A stretch of 64,000 nt of DNA, from the NCBI GenBank assembly GCA_036687665.1, contig JAYYZZ010000002.1, positions 20,405 through 84,404 on the forward strand, given 5' to 3'. The DNA comes from Pseudomonadota bacterium. Lineage in GTDB: Bacteria > Pseudomonadota > Gammaproteobacteria > Poriferisulfidales > JAYYZZ01. Position numbers and translations under genes: made by a program. Positions 41,262 to 51,366 of this stretch are shown here, in pieces (within the stretch, counting starts at the first letter, position 1; each line of letters starts with the position of its first letter). The notes beneath the pieces were generated by a model. The model was given only the letters and a program-made list of their open reading frames with translations. It made no database searches and was not told the origin of the DNA.

Positions 41262-41937
41262 CTTTTTTGATTAGTGTTTTTATTATGGTTGTTAGTATAT
41301 TTTTGTCACAAATAGCATCTTTGCTTACAGGTAAAATGTTGGCGTCAATATATTGCTGTATATAGTAATCATTATTCAAAACTTTTGTAGAGGCGCCATC
41401 TTTTGAATTTAAGACTATTCCTGCTACTTTTAAATTGTATTGCTCTATAGCTTTGCAGGATAGAAGCACCTGATTGATTGCTCCTAATCTATCATCTGCA
41501 ATTAGTATGACTGGAAGTTTTAGTTTTTTAGCTAAATCAGCATTTAACCCATCATTTGCAATCGGTGAAAAAAAGCCACCAGCACCCTCAACTATAAGAA
41601 AATCATCATCACAAATTCCGGCCTTGCATGCATCGTACAAAGATTGAATAGTTAAATTTACATTATGTAATTTTGCTGCTTCGGGTGGCGCGAGTGGCTC
41701 TGCAAACTTGAAGTTGCAAATAACATCTAAGTCGATCTCTTCCTTGCACGCTGTTTGCAGCTTAATTGCATCTGCGGGTAACAAAATATCATCATTATTT
41801 ATACACCCTGACTCAACAGGTTTTCTTGGTTGTATATTTATATTATCTATATTTGCAGATAATGTATGAATAAGTTTTTCGGCAAACCAAGTTTTTCCTA
41901 CACCTGTGTCTGTTCCAGTTATAAACACTCCTCTCAT
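41254..41937 (-). CDS. bioD: dethiobiotin synthetase
   Basis: P-loop GTDTGVGKT and VEGAGG block. 227 aa. Overlaps mutM by 8 nt. Confidence 0.88.
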   Translation of the reverse strand: MRGVFITGTDTGVGKTWFAEKLIHTLSANIDNINIQPRKPVESGCINNDDILLPADAIKLQTACKEEIDLDVICNFKFAEPLAPPEAAKLHNVNLTIQSLYDACKAGICDDDFLIVEGAGGFFSPIANDGLNADLAKKLKLPVILIADDRLGAINQVLLSCKAIEQYNLKVAGIVLNSKDGASTKVLNNDYYIQQYIDANILPVSKDAICDKNILTTIIKTLIKKDA

Positions 41938-42354
41938 TTATTCGCCCTGCAGTGTGATTGTAATTTGTCTTGTGTGCGCAGATGTCCTATGTTCCCATAA
42001 AAATACCCCCTGCCATGTGCCAAGAATGCAATTACCATTTTTTATTGGTAGTGTTGTTTCTGTTTGTGTCAGCACACTGCGGATGTGAGCAGACATATCG
42101 TCGGGGCCTTCATCATCATGCTGATAATTTGGGTCACCATCTGGGGCATATTTCTGCATAAAATACTCTAAATCTTGAAGAACCTCAGGTGCGGCATTTT
42201 CACAGATTATTAATGATGCGCTAGTATGATGGATAAATACATGGCAAAGCCCAGTTTCGAGCTTGCTTTGTTGAATTATTTCAGTAATTTCAGGGGTAAG
42301 GTCATAAGTTCCTCGCCCCTTTGTCTTAATTTTGAGTTGCTTTTGAATATACAT
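41938..42354 (-). CDS. YjbQ family protein (secondary thiamine-phosphate synthase-like, UPF0047)
   Basis: 138 aa with HTSASL, DMSAHIRS and LGTWQG blocks typical of YjbQ. Confidence 0.8.
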   Translation of the reverse strand: MYIQKQLKIKTKGRGTYDLTPEITEIIQQSKLETGLCHVFIHHTSASLIICENAAPEVLQDLEYFMQKYAPDGDPNYQHDDEGPDDMSAHIRSVLTQTETTLPIKNGNCILGTWQGVFLWEHRTSAHTRQITITLQGE

Positions 42355-42432
42355 GTGCCAATTATTGATTAACCAACATGCTTTTCAAGGCTTTTCTTCA
42401 TGAGATAATATAATGAGAGAGCGGAAACTTTT

Positions 42433-43671
42433 ATGAAAAAGGAGCAAACACAATATCCCAAACGCAAGTCAGTAGGCGTGCAAATAGGGAATGTAACCGT
42501 AGGAGCTGGTGCCCCTATTGTAGTCCAGTCTATGACTAATACTGACACAGCTTCAATTGATTCTACTTGTACCCAAATTATGGAGTTAACTGAAGCTGGT
42601 TCTGAGTTAGTGCGAATTACTGTGAATAATGAAGCTTCGGCAAGAGCTGTCCCCCAGATCAAAGACAAACTAGCCCAGAGCAATATCTCGACCCCCTTGG
42701 TAGGCGACTTCCATTTCAATGGGCATACGCTTTTGAGGAAGATTCCCGAGTGCGCACAAGCCTTAGATAAATTTCGTATTAACCCAGGCAATATAGGAAA
42801 AGGACAGAATCATGATAGTAATTTTGGGTCTTTTATTGAGATTGCATGCAAAGAAGAGAAACCCGTACGTATTGGGGTTAATTGGGGCAGTTTAGACCAA
42901 GAGCTACTGCAAAAAATGTTAGATGAAAACTTGAAACTAAAAGTTCCTGAAACTCTTGAAGCGGTGACACATCGTGCACTCATTAGTTCGGCGCTTGACA
43001 GCGCTGCTCGTGCTGAAGAACTAGGTTTACCACATAATATGATTATTCTTTCATGTAAATTAAGTCGAGTAAGGGAGCTCATTGCTGTTTACCAGACTTT
43101 AGCAGGCATGTGTGATTACCCTTTACATATAGGGCTTACCGAGGCAGGAATGGGTGTGCAAGGGATTGTTGCTTCAGTAGCTAGTTTGTCAATTCTTCTT
43201 CATCATGGAATTGGGGATACTATTCGTATTTCCTTAACACCCGAACCGGGTAGCAAAAGAACCAAAGAAGTTGAAGTCGCGAAAGAAATTTTACAGAGCA
43301 TGGGGCTTCGGTCTTATAGCCCTGCTGTGACGGCTTGCCCAGGGTGTGGGAGAACCACTAGCGATTATTTTCAGCAATTAGCTTTTGATATCAAGAACCA
43401 TATAGCAACCAATATGCCAAACTGGCGCAAGCAGTATCCAGGAGTGGAAGAAATGAATATTGCTGTCATGGGCTGTGTTGTAAATGGGCCAGGCGAAAGT
43501 AAACATGCGGATATCGGTATCAGTTTGCCAGGCACAGGAGAGAAACCAATAGCACCCGTTTACATTGACGGCGAAAAAGCTCTCACGTTAAAAGGTGACT
43601 CAATAGCACAAGAGTTTCAAGCAATCCTTTCCCAGTACATTGCTGAAAAATATGGCAAATCTACCCCTTAA
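42433..43671 (+). CDS. ispG: 4-hydroxy-3-methylbut-2-enyl diphosphate synthase
   Basis: [20 protein letters not shown] and [10 protein letters not shown] Fe-S ligand blocks. Confidence 0.95.
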   Translation: MKKEQTQYPKRKSVGVQIGNVTVGAGAPIVVQSMTNTDTASIDSTCTQIMELTEAGSELVRITVNNEASARAVPQIKDKLAQSNISTPLVGDFHFNGHTLLRKIPECAQALDKFRINPGNIGKGQNHDSNFGSFIEIACKEEKPVRIGVNWGSLDQELLQKMLDENLKLKVPETLEAVTHRALISSALDSAARAEELGLPHNMIILSCKLSRVRELIAVYQTLAGMCDYPLHIGLTEAGMGVQGIVASVASLSILLHHGIGDTIRISLTPEPGSKRTKEVEVAKEILQSMGLRSYSPAVTACPGCGRTTSDYFQQLAFDIKNHIATNMPNWRKQYPGVEEMNIAVMGCVVNGPGESKHADIGISLPGTGEKPIAPVYIDGEKALTLKGDSIAQEFQAILSQYIAEKYGKSTP

Positions 43672-43721
43672 TTGCTTTAGCCTAATATTGAAAAAATCTT
43701 TATAATTTGTAAACTTACTAT

Positions 43722-43747
43722 CAAGGAGAATATGCAAGGAGAATATG
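43722..43747 (+). repeat. perfect 13-bp tandem duplication CAAGGAGAATATG x2 (SD plus ATG)
   Basis: Copies at 43722-43734 and 43735-43747, immediately upstream of the ferredoxin ATG (43749). Confidence 0.95.
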
Positions 43748-43748
43748 T

Positions 43749-44081
43749 ATGTTTGGATTAGGTAAAAATAAGGATTATAAATGTACGATTGAATCAACAG
43801 GTGAAACTTTTGACGTTCCTGGCGGCATTAATTTATTGCAGGCGGCACATAACGCGGGGATTAAATGGCCCTGTGATTGCAAAGTTGGAAGCTGCGGTTC
43901 TTGTCGTTACATTCTAAAAGAGGGCAAAGTAAAAGCTTTGCAAGATTTTTCATATGTTCTTGATGGTGAAATGCTCAAACAAGGATACGCGCTTGCATGC
44001 CAATCGCGCCTTAAGAGTGATTTAGTAGTTGAGGTTGATTTTAGCCAAGGCGCACTAGAAACGCTTAAAATGTCATCATAG
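43749..44081 (+). CDS. plant-type [2Fe-2S] ferredoxin
   Basis: 110 aa. Cluster motif CKVGSCGSC (C-x4-C-x2-C) plus a distal Cys in LACQS. Confidence 0.85.
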   Translation: MFGLGKNKDYKCTIESTGETFDVPGGINLLQAAHNAGIKWPCDCKVGSCGSCRYILKEGKVKALQDFSYVLDGEMLKQGYALACQSRLKSDLVVEVDFSQGALETLKMSS

Positions 44082-44099
44082 GGAGCATTGAATCTTATT

Positions 44100-45434
44100 T
44101 TATCGGGAAAATTCTAGCGGCACTCCAAAAATATTTTTTTGAATTTCCCCATTATGGAAAGCAATTTTACCTGAGACAATTGTTGTGTGGATCTTTGTAT
44201 TAAATGTAAAGTTTTCGAAAGCAGACCAGCCGCATTTATGTAAAACATTATGCCGTTCTATTTTTTCAGAACATGCGGTGTCTACTATTACAATATCTGC
44301 CCAATAACCTTCACGCAAAAAGCCCCGTTCTTTAATATTGAAGCATATAGCTGGCGCATGACTTGTTTTTTCGATAACTGTCTCTAGCGGGAGAATGTCT
44401 TTTTTCCACAACTCAAGCAAGGCTTGGAAAGAATGTTGTATTATCGGGAGCCCTGCGCCTATGTTTTCGTATTTTCCTTGTTTTTCTTCTAGAGTGTGTG
44501 GCGCATGATCAGTTGCAATAATATCAATTTGTCCACTTTTCACTGCTTTTATCAATGCTTCTCTATCTTTTAGAGTTTTTATCGCCGGGTTACATTTGAT
44601 TAACCCCTGCTTCTCTGCATAGTCAGAGTCTGAAAAATATAAATGATGCACGCATACTTCTGCTGTTATGCGTTTCTGCTCAAGATCCCCATGATCAAAT
44701 AAGTCTAATTCATTATGGGTGGTTAAATGCAGCACGTGTAAACGGCTATTATATTTTTTTGCAAGACCAACAGCTAATCTTGATGACTTTTCACATGCTT
44801 CTCGGCTTCGTATCTTTGGGTGCAATTCTATTGGTATGCTATCCCCGTATTCTTTTTTAATCTCTTCCAAATTTTTATCAATAGTGGGGCTATCTTCGCA
44901 ATGAGTAGCAATCAGAATAGGTGATTCTTTGAAGATTTGATTGAGAGCTTGCGGATCATCCACAAGCATATTCCCAGTTGATGACCCCATGAATACTTTA
45001 ACCCCGCATGCGAGGTTTACATCGACATTTTTTATTTCCTCAATATTGTTGTTAGTTGCCCCTAAATAAAACGCGTAGTTCGCATGCGCTTTTCCTGATG
45101 CGAGCTTATATTTATCTTTCAGTTGCTCATTGGTAATAATTGGTGGCTCATTATTAGGCATATCCATAAATGATGTTGTGCCACCGGCAATTGCGGCTAT
45201 TGATTCTGAAGCAATATCAGCTTTATAAGTGAGGCCAGGTTCTCTGAAGTGTACCTGATCGTCGATCATGCCAGGAAATACGTGTTTACCTGCTGCGTCC
45301 ACAACGTTTTCAGCCTGCATGCCAGACAGGTTGCTTCCTAATTGCTGTATTTTACCTTCGTTTATATATATATCTGTTTCGAAGGTTTTGCCTTCATTTA
45401 CTGCGACCGCGTTTAGAATTAATATAGAGGACAT
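44100..45434 (-). CDS. pyrC: dihydroorotase (long, type I-like)
   Basis: 444 aa amidohydrolase with DDQVHFREPG, VKVFMG (carbamylated-Lys position), THCED, LHVLHLTT and ATDHAPH blocks. Confidence 0.85.
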   Translation of the reverse strand: MSSILILNAVAVNEGKTFETDIYINEGKIQQLGSNLSGMQAENVVDAAGKHVFPGMIDDQVHFREPGLTYKADIASESIAAIAGGTTSFMDMPNNEPPIITNEQLKDKYKLASGKAHANYAFYLGATNNNIEEIKNVDVNLACGVKVFMGSSTGNMLVDDPQALNQIFKESPILIATHCEDSPTIDKNLEEIKKEYGDSIPIELHPKIRSREACEKSSRLAVGLAKKYNSRLHVLHLTTHNELDLFDHGDLEQKRITAEVCVHHLYFSDSDYAEKQGLIKCNPAIKTLKDREALIKAVKSGQIDIIATDHAPHTLEEKQGKYENIGAGLPIIQHSFQALLELWKKDILPLETVIEKTSHAPAICFNIKERGFLREGYWADIVIVDTACSEKIERHNVLHKCGWSAFENFTFNTKIHTTIVSGKIAFHNGEIQKNIFGVPLEFSR

Positions 45435-45491
45435 ATTTCAATCAGATTTAAGTATAGAATTCTACACATCTCTTTATAATAATACATTTAT

Positions 45492-46871
45492 ATGACTAAT
45501 AAACTTAAGTTTTATAATACATTAAGCGCCAAAAAAGAAGACTTTAAACCCCTTGATAGCTTATGTGTCACTATGTATGTGTGTGGGCCTACGGTTTATG
45601 ATTTTGCGCATATTGGCAATGCTCGCCCAATCGTTGTATTTGATGTCCTGTATAGGCTTTTACAGCATTATTTCCCGAAAGTTTTGTATGCACGCAACAT
45701 AACAGATATTGATGACAAAATAATTAATGCATCAAAAGAAAATAATGAGCCGGTTGAAGCTCTGAGCAATCGCTATATAAAAACGTTTCAAGATGATATG
45801 AAACAACTCAATGTTTTACCTCCTTCTATTGAGCCCAAAGCTACAGAAAATATAGAACCCATGATAGACATGATCAGCAGACTGCTAGAGAATGAGAATG
45901 CATATATTTCTGATCAACACGTTCTGTTTGATGTAACTTCGATGCCAGAGTATGGAAAACTTTCAAAAAGAAGCCTCGAAGAAATGATGGCTGGAGCTAG
46001 AGTAGAAGTAGCTAAATATAAACATAACCCTTCTGATTTTATTTTATGGAAACCTTCAAGTGAGAATCAACCAGGTTGGGATAGCCCATGGGGAAGGGGG
46101 CGTCCGGGGTGGCATATAGAGTGTTCAGCTATGATATTCAAACACTTGGGCAAGGTAATTGATATTCATGGGGGCGGCATGGATCTAGTATTCCCGCACC
46201 ATGAGAACGAGATCGCACAAAGCACATGCGTGAACCAAAGTCACGATTATGTTCGTTATTGGATGCATAATGGCTATATCACAGTGAATGATGAAAAGAT
46301 GTCTAAGTCTCTAGGTAATTTTCACACGGTCCGAGATATACTTAAGCAGTATCCAGGAGAGGTAGTTAGACTTGCTCTTTTAACAACTCATTATCGTAAG
46401 CCTATTAATTGGACGGAGGATTTGTTGCAACAAACTCAAATAACATTAGATAAATTATACCGCTCACTGGCTGCAGACGAAGGAGCACCGCAGGACACCG
46501 AGGTCCCTTCCGAATTTCTTCAGGCTTTGGGAAATGATTTAAACACACCCAAAGCTATTCAATATTTGCAAAAAGTTGCGAATACAATTAACACAGATAA
46601 CGAAAAGAGACAGGAGAATGTAGGTAAGCTGCGTGCGGCAGGTAATTTTATGGGCTTGCTAGAACATGCTCCGAGCGAGTGGTTTAAATGGGCATCTAAA
46701 GACGAAGAAAATATTTCAGACAGCGATGTTGAAGAGTTAATTGAAAAGCGCAATCATGCCAGAATGACCAAGAATTTCGAGGTTTCAGATATGATTAGAG
46801 CAGACCTTAAAGCAAAAGGTGTTGTGTTAGAGGACTCAGAGGGGAAAACAACATGGAGAAGAGTCAGATAA
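45492..46871 (+). CDS. cysS: cysteinyl-tRNA synthetase
   Basis: HIGNAR (HIGH) and KMSKS motifs, 459 aa. Confidence 0.95.
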   Translation: MTNKLKFYNTLSAKKEDFKPLDSLCVTMYVCGPTVYDFAHIGNARPIVVFDVLYRLLQHYFPKVLYARNITDIDDKIINASKENNEPVEALSNRYIKTFQDDMKQLNVLPPSIEPKATENIEPMIDMISRLLENENAYISDQHVLFDVTSMPEYGKLSKRSLEEMMAGARVEVAKYKHNPSDFILWKPSSENQPGWDSPWGRGRPGWHIECSAMIFKHLGKVIDIHGGGMDLVFPHHENEIAQSTCVNQSHDYVRYWMHNGYITVNDEKMSKSLGNFHTVRDILKQYPGEVVRLALLTTHYRKPINWTEDLLQQTQITLDKLYRSLAADEGAPQDTEVPSEFLQALGNDLNTPKAIQYLQKVANTINTDNEKRQENVGKLRAAGNFMGLLEHAPSEWFKWASKDEENISDSDVEELIEKRNHARMTKNFEVSDMIRADLKAKGVVLEDSEGKTTWRRVR

Positions 46872-46914
46872 ATAAGTAGTACAATATACTTTATATACAT
46901 TTGCAGAGTAGCTT

Positions 46915-47394
46915 ATGACAGATCAAAAAGATTTTTTTTCAAAGAGGAAGAGTGTAGCTCAGGTAGAGGAGGGTACAGTCTTGGCTCCAAAATTTGACCA
47001 GAACGGCCTTATTCCAGTGGTGACAACAGATTATGAGACTGGTGAACTCTTAATGCATGGTTATCAAAATGCTGAAGCATTAGAAAAGACAATTACTACT
47101 GGTGAAGCTTATTACTGGAGCAGAAGCAGGCAGTGTTTATGGCACAAAGGTGAAACAAGTGGCTTACTGCAATTTGTTACAGAAATCAGGATTGATGATG
47201 ATCAGGATACTGTGTGGCTGCGCGTGAAAGTTGCAGAGAGCGGGGCAAGTTGCCATGTTGGATATCGTTCTTGTTTTTACAGAGTTATCCCGGTAGGCAG
47301 CAAGCAAGGTGTAAAATTAGAATTTGTTGAAGAAGAAAAAACATTTGATCCTGATGAAGTCTATGGAGATAGCCCCAACCCAACTAAACTTTAA
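46915..47394 (+). CDS. hisI: phosphoribosyl-AMP cyclohydrolase (stand-alone HisI)
   Basis: WHKGETSG and [11 protein letters not shown]...[13 protein letters not shown] blocks typical of HisI. No other his genes are nearby. Confidence 0.8.
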   Translation: MTDQKDFFSKRKSVAQVEEGTVLAPKFDQNGLIPVVTTDYETGELLMHGYQNAEALEKTITTGEAYYWSRSRQCLWHKGETSGLLQFVTEIRIDDDQDTVWLRVKVAESGASCHVGYRSCFYRVIPVGSKQGVKLEFVEEEKTFDPDEVYGDSPNPTKL

Positions 47395-47408
47395 AGAAGC
47401 TTTGACAT

Positions 47409-48626
47409 TTGATTTTACGGTTATTTACTAATAGGCGATTTTCTCCCTTTTTCTTTCTTCAGTTTTTGGGAGCATTTAACGATAATTTATTTAGAAGCAT
47501 ATTAGTCGTTTTTTTTACGTATACACTTTCTGAAACGTACAACTACAGCGCGGGTGAAATGGTTGCCTTTGCTTCTTTAGTTTTTATGCTTCCATTTTTT
47601 TTGTTTTCTGCATCTGGCGGCCTATTCGCTGATAAATATAAGAAAACACTAGTAATAAAGAACACAAAGTTACTTGAAGTTGTAGTTATGTTAGTAGCAG
47701 CGGTTGGTTTTGCAAAACATGAGGTTGGTATTCTTTTCGCAGCTTTGTTTTTAATGGGAGCGCAGTCAGCGCTATTTGGACCATCAAAATATTCTTTTCT
47801 TCCAGAAATCCTGCAAAAAAAAGAATTACTTACCGGCAACGCAATTATTGAGACTAGTACTTTTGCGGCAATACTGCTAGGCACAGTAACGGGCACTATA
47901 TTAGTTGCCAATAATGAGTTTAACTTAATTTCAGTTTTATTAGTTTCTCTTGCTTTTATAGGCTGGGTATTGAGTTGCATGGTTAAAGAAACAAAGCAAT
48001 GTTCACCACAGGTAAAAATTGGATGCAATATTTTTCTTGATACTTATAAAGTGCTTCTTAAGAGTTTATCAAGTAAAAGAATATTTTTAATTGTTATTGC
48101 AATTAGTTGGTTCTGGTTCCTAGGTGTTATTTTGTTGACACATCTTCCAGTTTTCACAAAAGAAGTTTTATTCGCTGACGAGAATTTGGTTATTTACTTT
48201 TTTATTTCTATCACTTCTGGTATTTTTCTAGGTGCTTTTTTATGCCGTTTTATTTTAAATAATCAACCAGATACAAGATATGCCCCTATGCTATTAGTAT
48301 CAATCGGTGTTTTTTGTATTTCTTTATATTTTTCTGGTTTTATTATTTACCAATATTTTTTTATCGCACTATCTTTATTTGTTATTGGTTCGCTTGCTGG
48401 TTTTTATATAGTTCCACTTTATACATGCCTTCAACTTGCGCCTGAAGAAGCAAAAAGGGCACAACTTATAGCGTCAAATAATATTTTTAATGCCTTATTT
48501 ATGGTATTTGCTAACTTGCTTGCAGGATCTATATATTTTTTGCATGGTAATGCTGAAATTATTTTTTTAACTGCTGGTATATTGACTATATTGCTAGGGA
48601 TATATTTACATGCTGCCTTCTCATAA
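47409..48626 (+). CDS. lplT: MFS transporter, lysophospholipid transporter LplT-like
   Basis: N-terminus NRRFSPFFFLQFLGAFNDNLFR, about 12 TM segments, and adjacency to an Aas-like gene as in E. coli lplT-aas. TTG start. Confidence 0.75.
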   Translation: MILRLFTNRRFSPFFFLQFLGAFNDNLFRSILVVFFTYTLSETYNYSAGEMVAFASLVFMLPFFLFSASGGLFADKYKKTLVIKNTKLLEVVVMLVAAVGFAKHEVGILFAALFLMGAQSALFGPSKYSFLPEILQKKELLTGNAIIETSTFAAILLGTVTGTILVANNEFNLISVLLVSLAFIGWVLSCMVKETKQCSPQVKIGCNIFLDTYKVLLKSLSSKRIFLIVIAISWFWFLGVILLTHLPVFTKEVLFADENLVIYFFISITSGIFLGAFLCRFILNNQPDTRYAPMLLVSIGVFCISLYFSGFIIYQYFFIALSLFVIGSLAGFYIVPLYTCLQLAPEEAKRAQLIASNNIFNALFMVFANLLAGSIYFLHGNAEIIFLTAGILTILLGIYLHAAFS

Positions 48627-50166
48627 CATAAAAAAAATATCAGAAAAGGGGCATCTGTTTAGGTCTTTGCTTCATGCAGCTATCCAGACAAACCCTTTTG
48701 TCGCAACTGTAGAGGACGGAAACGGCCAGAAATTAAGCTATTTCAAGCTTTTTTTACATATTTATGTTCTAGGCAGCATCTTCAGCAGGAGGATGGAAGA
48801 GAAGAATATCGCAATCATGTTACCTAATACGGTTACTACTCTTGTAACTTTTTTTGCAATCCAATATTTGAGCAAAGTACCAGTTATGATCAACTATAGC
48901 TCGGGGCCAAAAAATGTAAACTTAGCTTGCAAAATAAGCGAAGTAACTACAATGATTACTTCAAAAAAATTCATCGAGCATGCTAATTTAAACGAACTAG
49001 TAGGAATGCTAGATCCACAGGTGGAAGTTATTTATTTAGAGGATTTAAAAAAAGAGATAACCCCGCTTAATAAACTCGCTTCAATCTTCTGCTTTCTCAA
49101 TCCAACAAAACATATACAAAGCTCTAAAAGTTGTGATACAGCTGTAATCCTTTTTACGTCTGGTTCTGAAGGAGCACCGAAAGGAGTGGTGCTGAGCCAC
49201 TCTAACTTACTTACAAACTGTGCACAGGTTAAATATGTTATACGGTTTGCAAAAGAAGATAAATTCTTTGTTTGTTTACCACTATTTCATTCTTTTGGTT
49301 TGGGGGTAGGAATGTTGTTGCCTGTGTTCTCCGGGATAAAATGTTTTTTTTACCATACCCCCTTAGCATATAAAGTGATACCTGAATTAATTAATCAAAC
49401 ACAATCAACTATTTTTTTTGGTACAGACACATTCTTATCTCAGTATGCGAAAAACGCTGAAGAAAATCATATGCGTAGCTTGCGAATAGTTATTGCAGGC
49501 GCAGAAAAACTTAAAAAACAGACGCATGATCTTTGGAAGAAAAAATTTAATTTATATATTTTTGAAGGGTATGGTGTAACTGAAGCTTCTCCAGCAATAG
49601 CAGTTAATACACCAAACGATTGTTTGAAAAATTCTGTTGGTAAGTTTTTACCAGGAGTTGAATATAACATTGAAAGTGTAAGCGGGATAAAAAAAGGAGG
49701 GAGGCTGAAAGTAAAAGGAGACAATATAATGAAAGGATACTTAACCTTAGAGCATCTTGGTAGGCTGAAAGCACCAACGGATGGCTGGCATAATACAGGT
49801 GATATTGTAGATATAAATAAAAATGGCTTTTTATTTATATTGGGAAGAGAAAAAAGATTTGCAAAAATTGCTGGAGAGATGATTTCACTAACACAGGTTG
49901 AGTTGCTTGTTGAAAAGTATTCCCCTGAATACAAGCATGCTGTTTGCTCTATTAATGATGAGAGCAGAGGTGAAAAGTTAGTATTAGTTACTGAATCGCA
50001 AAATATTGCAGAAGCAGATTTTAGAGAGTTTTTCGGAAAATCTGGATTCAGTCAACTTTATATCCCAAAGGAAATAATTCATACACCAAACCTTCCTGTA
50101 ATGGCTAATGGTAAAATTGATTACCCATCTGTTATGTCTTTAATCAAACAAAAGGGTTTTAATTAG
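48610..50166 (+). CDS. acyl-ACP synthetase / AMP-dependent ligase (Aas C-terminal-domain homologue, no acyltransferase domain)
   Basis: AMP-binding motif FTSGSEGAPKGV, EGYGVTE and late GKIDY. 518 aa. Overlaps lplT by 17 nt. Confidence 0.8.
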   Translation: MLPSHNIKKISEKGHLFRSLLHAAIQTNPFVATVEDGNGQKLSYFKLFLHIYVLGSIFSRRMEEKNIAIMLPNTVTTLVTFFAIQYLSKVPVMINYSSGPKNVNLACKISEVTTMITSKKFIEHANLNELVGMLDPQVEVIYLEDLKKEITPLNKLASIFCFLNPTKHIQSSKSCDTAVILFTSGSEGAPKGVVLSHSNLLTNCAQVKYVIRFAKEDKFFVCLPLFHSFGLGVGMLLPVFSGIKCFFYHTPLAYKVIPELINQTQSTIFFGTDTFLSQYAKNAEENHMRSLRIVIAGAEKLKKQTHDLWKKKFNLYIFEGYGVTEASPAIAVNTPNDCLKNSVGKFLPGVEYNIESVSGIKKGGRLKVKGDNIMKGYLTLEHLGRLKAPTDGWHNTGDIVDINKNGFLFILGREKRFAKIAGEMISLTQVELLVEKYSPEYKHAVCSINDESRGEKLVLVTESQNIAEADFREFFGKSGFSQLYIPKEIIHTPNLPVMANGKIDYPSVMSLIKQKGFN

Positions 50167-50172
50167 CTAAAA

Positions 50173-51363
50173 ATGTCACATCCATTTTTGAAAACTAAAA
50201 AATTTGAACTTCTTTTTTTTCTATCCCTTGTTTTAGTTTTGTTTTCTTTATATTTTTTTTCCCTAGAAGAGAAAACAATAGCAGAGGCTGCCTTGGGCAA
50301 AAATGAAATCCTACAGAGCAATTCAATCGTTACAAGCAAAGACGACGCCATTCGCATGCAAGGAGCTGTCAAACTACCAAGAGATAGAAAGCACCTGAAG
50401 CAGTTGGCTCAAGAGGGGGATAAAGATGCTCAATATGCACTAGGTGTAGCATATTACACCGGAACAGATGTTGCCAAAAGTGCAGACAAGGCCGTTGAAT
50501 GGTTTAGGCAAGCAGCACAGCAAGGCCATCTGATGGCAAAACTTAGCTTAAGCAGTCTTTATTTATTTGGTGATGGAGTAAAGAGAGATTTGGTAAAAGC
50601 AAAAAAATGGTTAGACGAGGTCGATGAGTACTACAAGAGTGAAGGAGCGAACGTTTCATCATTTCATGGAGAGGGTTGGGTACTCAACCAAAAGCCTTAT
50701 GAGTACACAATACAGCTTGCAAGAACAAAAGATGGGGTGCACGCATTAGAACAATTAGAGAATTTAGACGAGCAAAAAAAACATCACGCGATTTTTACAG
50801 CAGCACAAGCTAATTACCTAGAATACACAATAATATATGGACGCTTTAAAACACAAAAGCTGGCAAAAAGTGCGTTGCTAAAATTGAACAAACAACCTTG
50901 GCATAATGCTCTGTGGGTTTATCAATTTAAAGAGTTGCACGAGATGATTAATCTTAAAAAACAAATGTTTTCACAGTCTCACAAAAAATTAAAAACAAAT
51001 ATAAAAAAAGAAGCAAAAAAAATTAGCAGCGATCAATTTTTATCATTAAATATACAAGGTGAAGCATGGGTAAAAGCACAAACACCTGATAGCTACACTA
51101 TCAAGTTAATTAGTAGTCCAGAAAAAGAATTTTTAAGACGTAGATTAAGCGAAATAGGCTTAGATCAAGATGTAGTAGTGACACGATACATGCATAATAA
51201 TCAAGAGTGGTTTACTATTTTGAAAGGAAGCTATAAAAGTTTTAAAGATGCAAAAAATGCACTGAGTGAGTTACAACATTCCTTATCTATTCCGTTTATG
51301 AGAGTTCGAAAGCTCGAGTTCGTGCAAGGTGATTTAAATAGATATTTAATAGCGAGTGATTAG
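50173..51363 (+). CDS. membrane-anchored Sel1-repeat protein with two SPOR-like domains
   Basis: N-terminal TM segment. Sel1 repeats (AQYALGVAYYTG...AVEWFRQAAQQGH...). Two YTIQL/YTIKL...W SPOR-like modules separated by a Lys-rich linker. Confidence 0.7.
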   Translation: MSHPFLKTKKFELLFFLSLVLVLFSLYFFSLEEKTIAEAALGKNEILQSNSIVTSKDDAIRMQGAVKLPRDRKHLKQLAQEGDKDAQYALGVAYYTGTDVAKSADKAVEWFRQAAQQGHLMAKLSLSSLYLFGDGVKRDLVKAKKWLDEVDEYYKSEGANVSSFHGEGWVLNQKPYEYTIQLARTKDGVHALEQLENLDEQKKHHAIFTAAQANYLEYTIIYGRFKTQKLAKSALLKLNKQPWHNALWVYQFKELHEMINLKKQMFSQSHKKLKTNIKKEAKKISSDQFLSLNIQGEAWVKAQTPDSYTIKLISSPEKEFLRRRLSEIGLDQDVVVTRYMHNNQEWFTILKGSYKSFKDAKNALSELQHSLSIPFMRVRKLEFVQGDLNRYLIASD

Positions 51364-51366
51364 GTT

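Noticed and set aside
46915-47394. Stand-alone hisI next to cysS, considered as a sign of histidine-pathway decay or moonlighting.
   Set aside because: This cannot be evaluated from one window. The remaining his genes may simply be elsewhere, and the ORF is intact with conserved HisI motifs.
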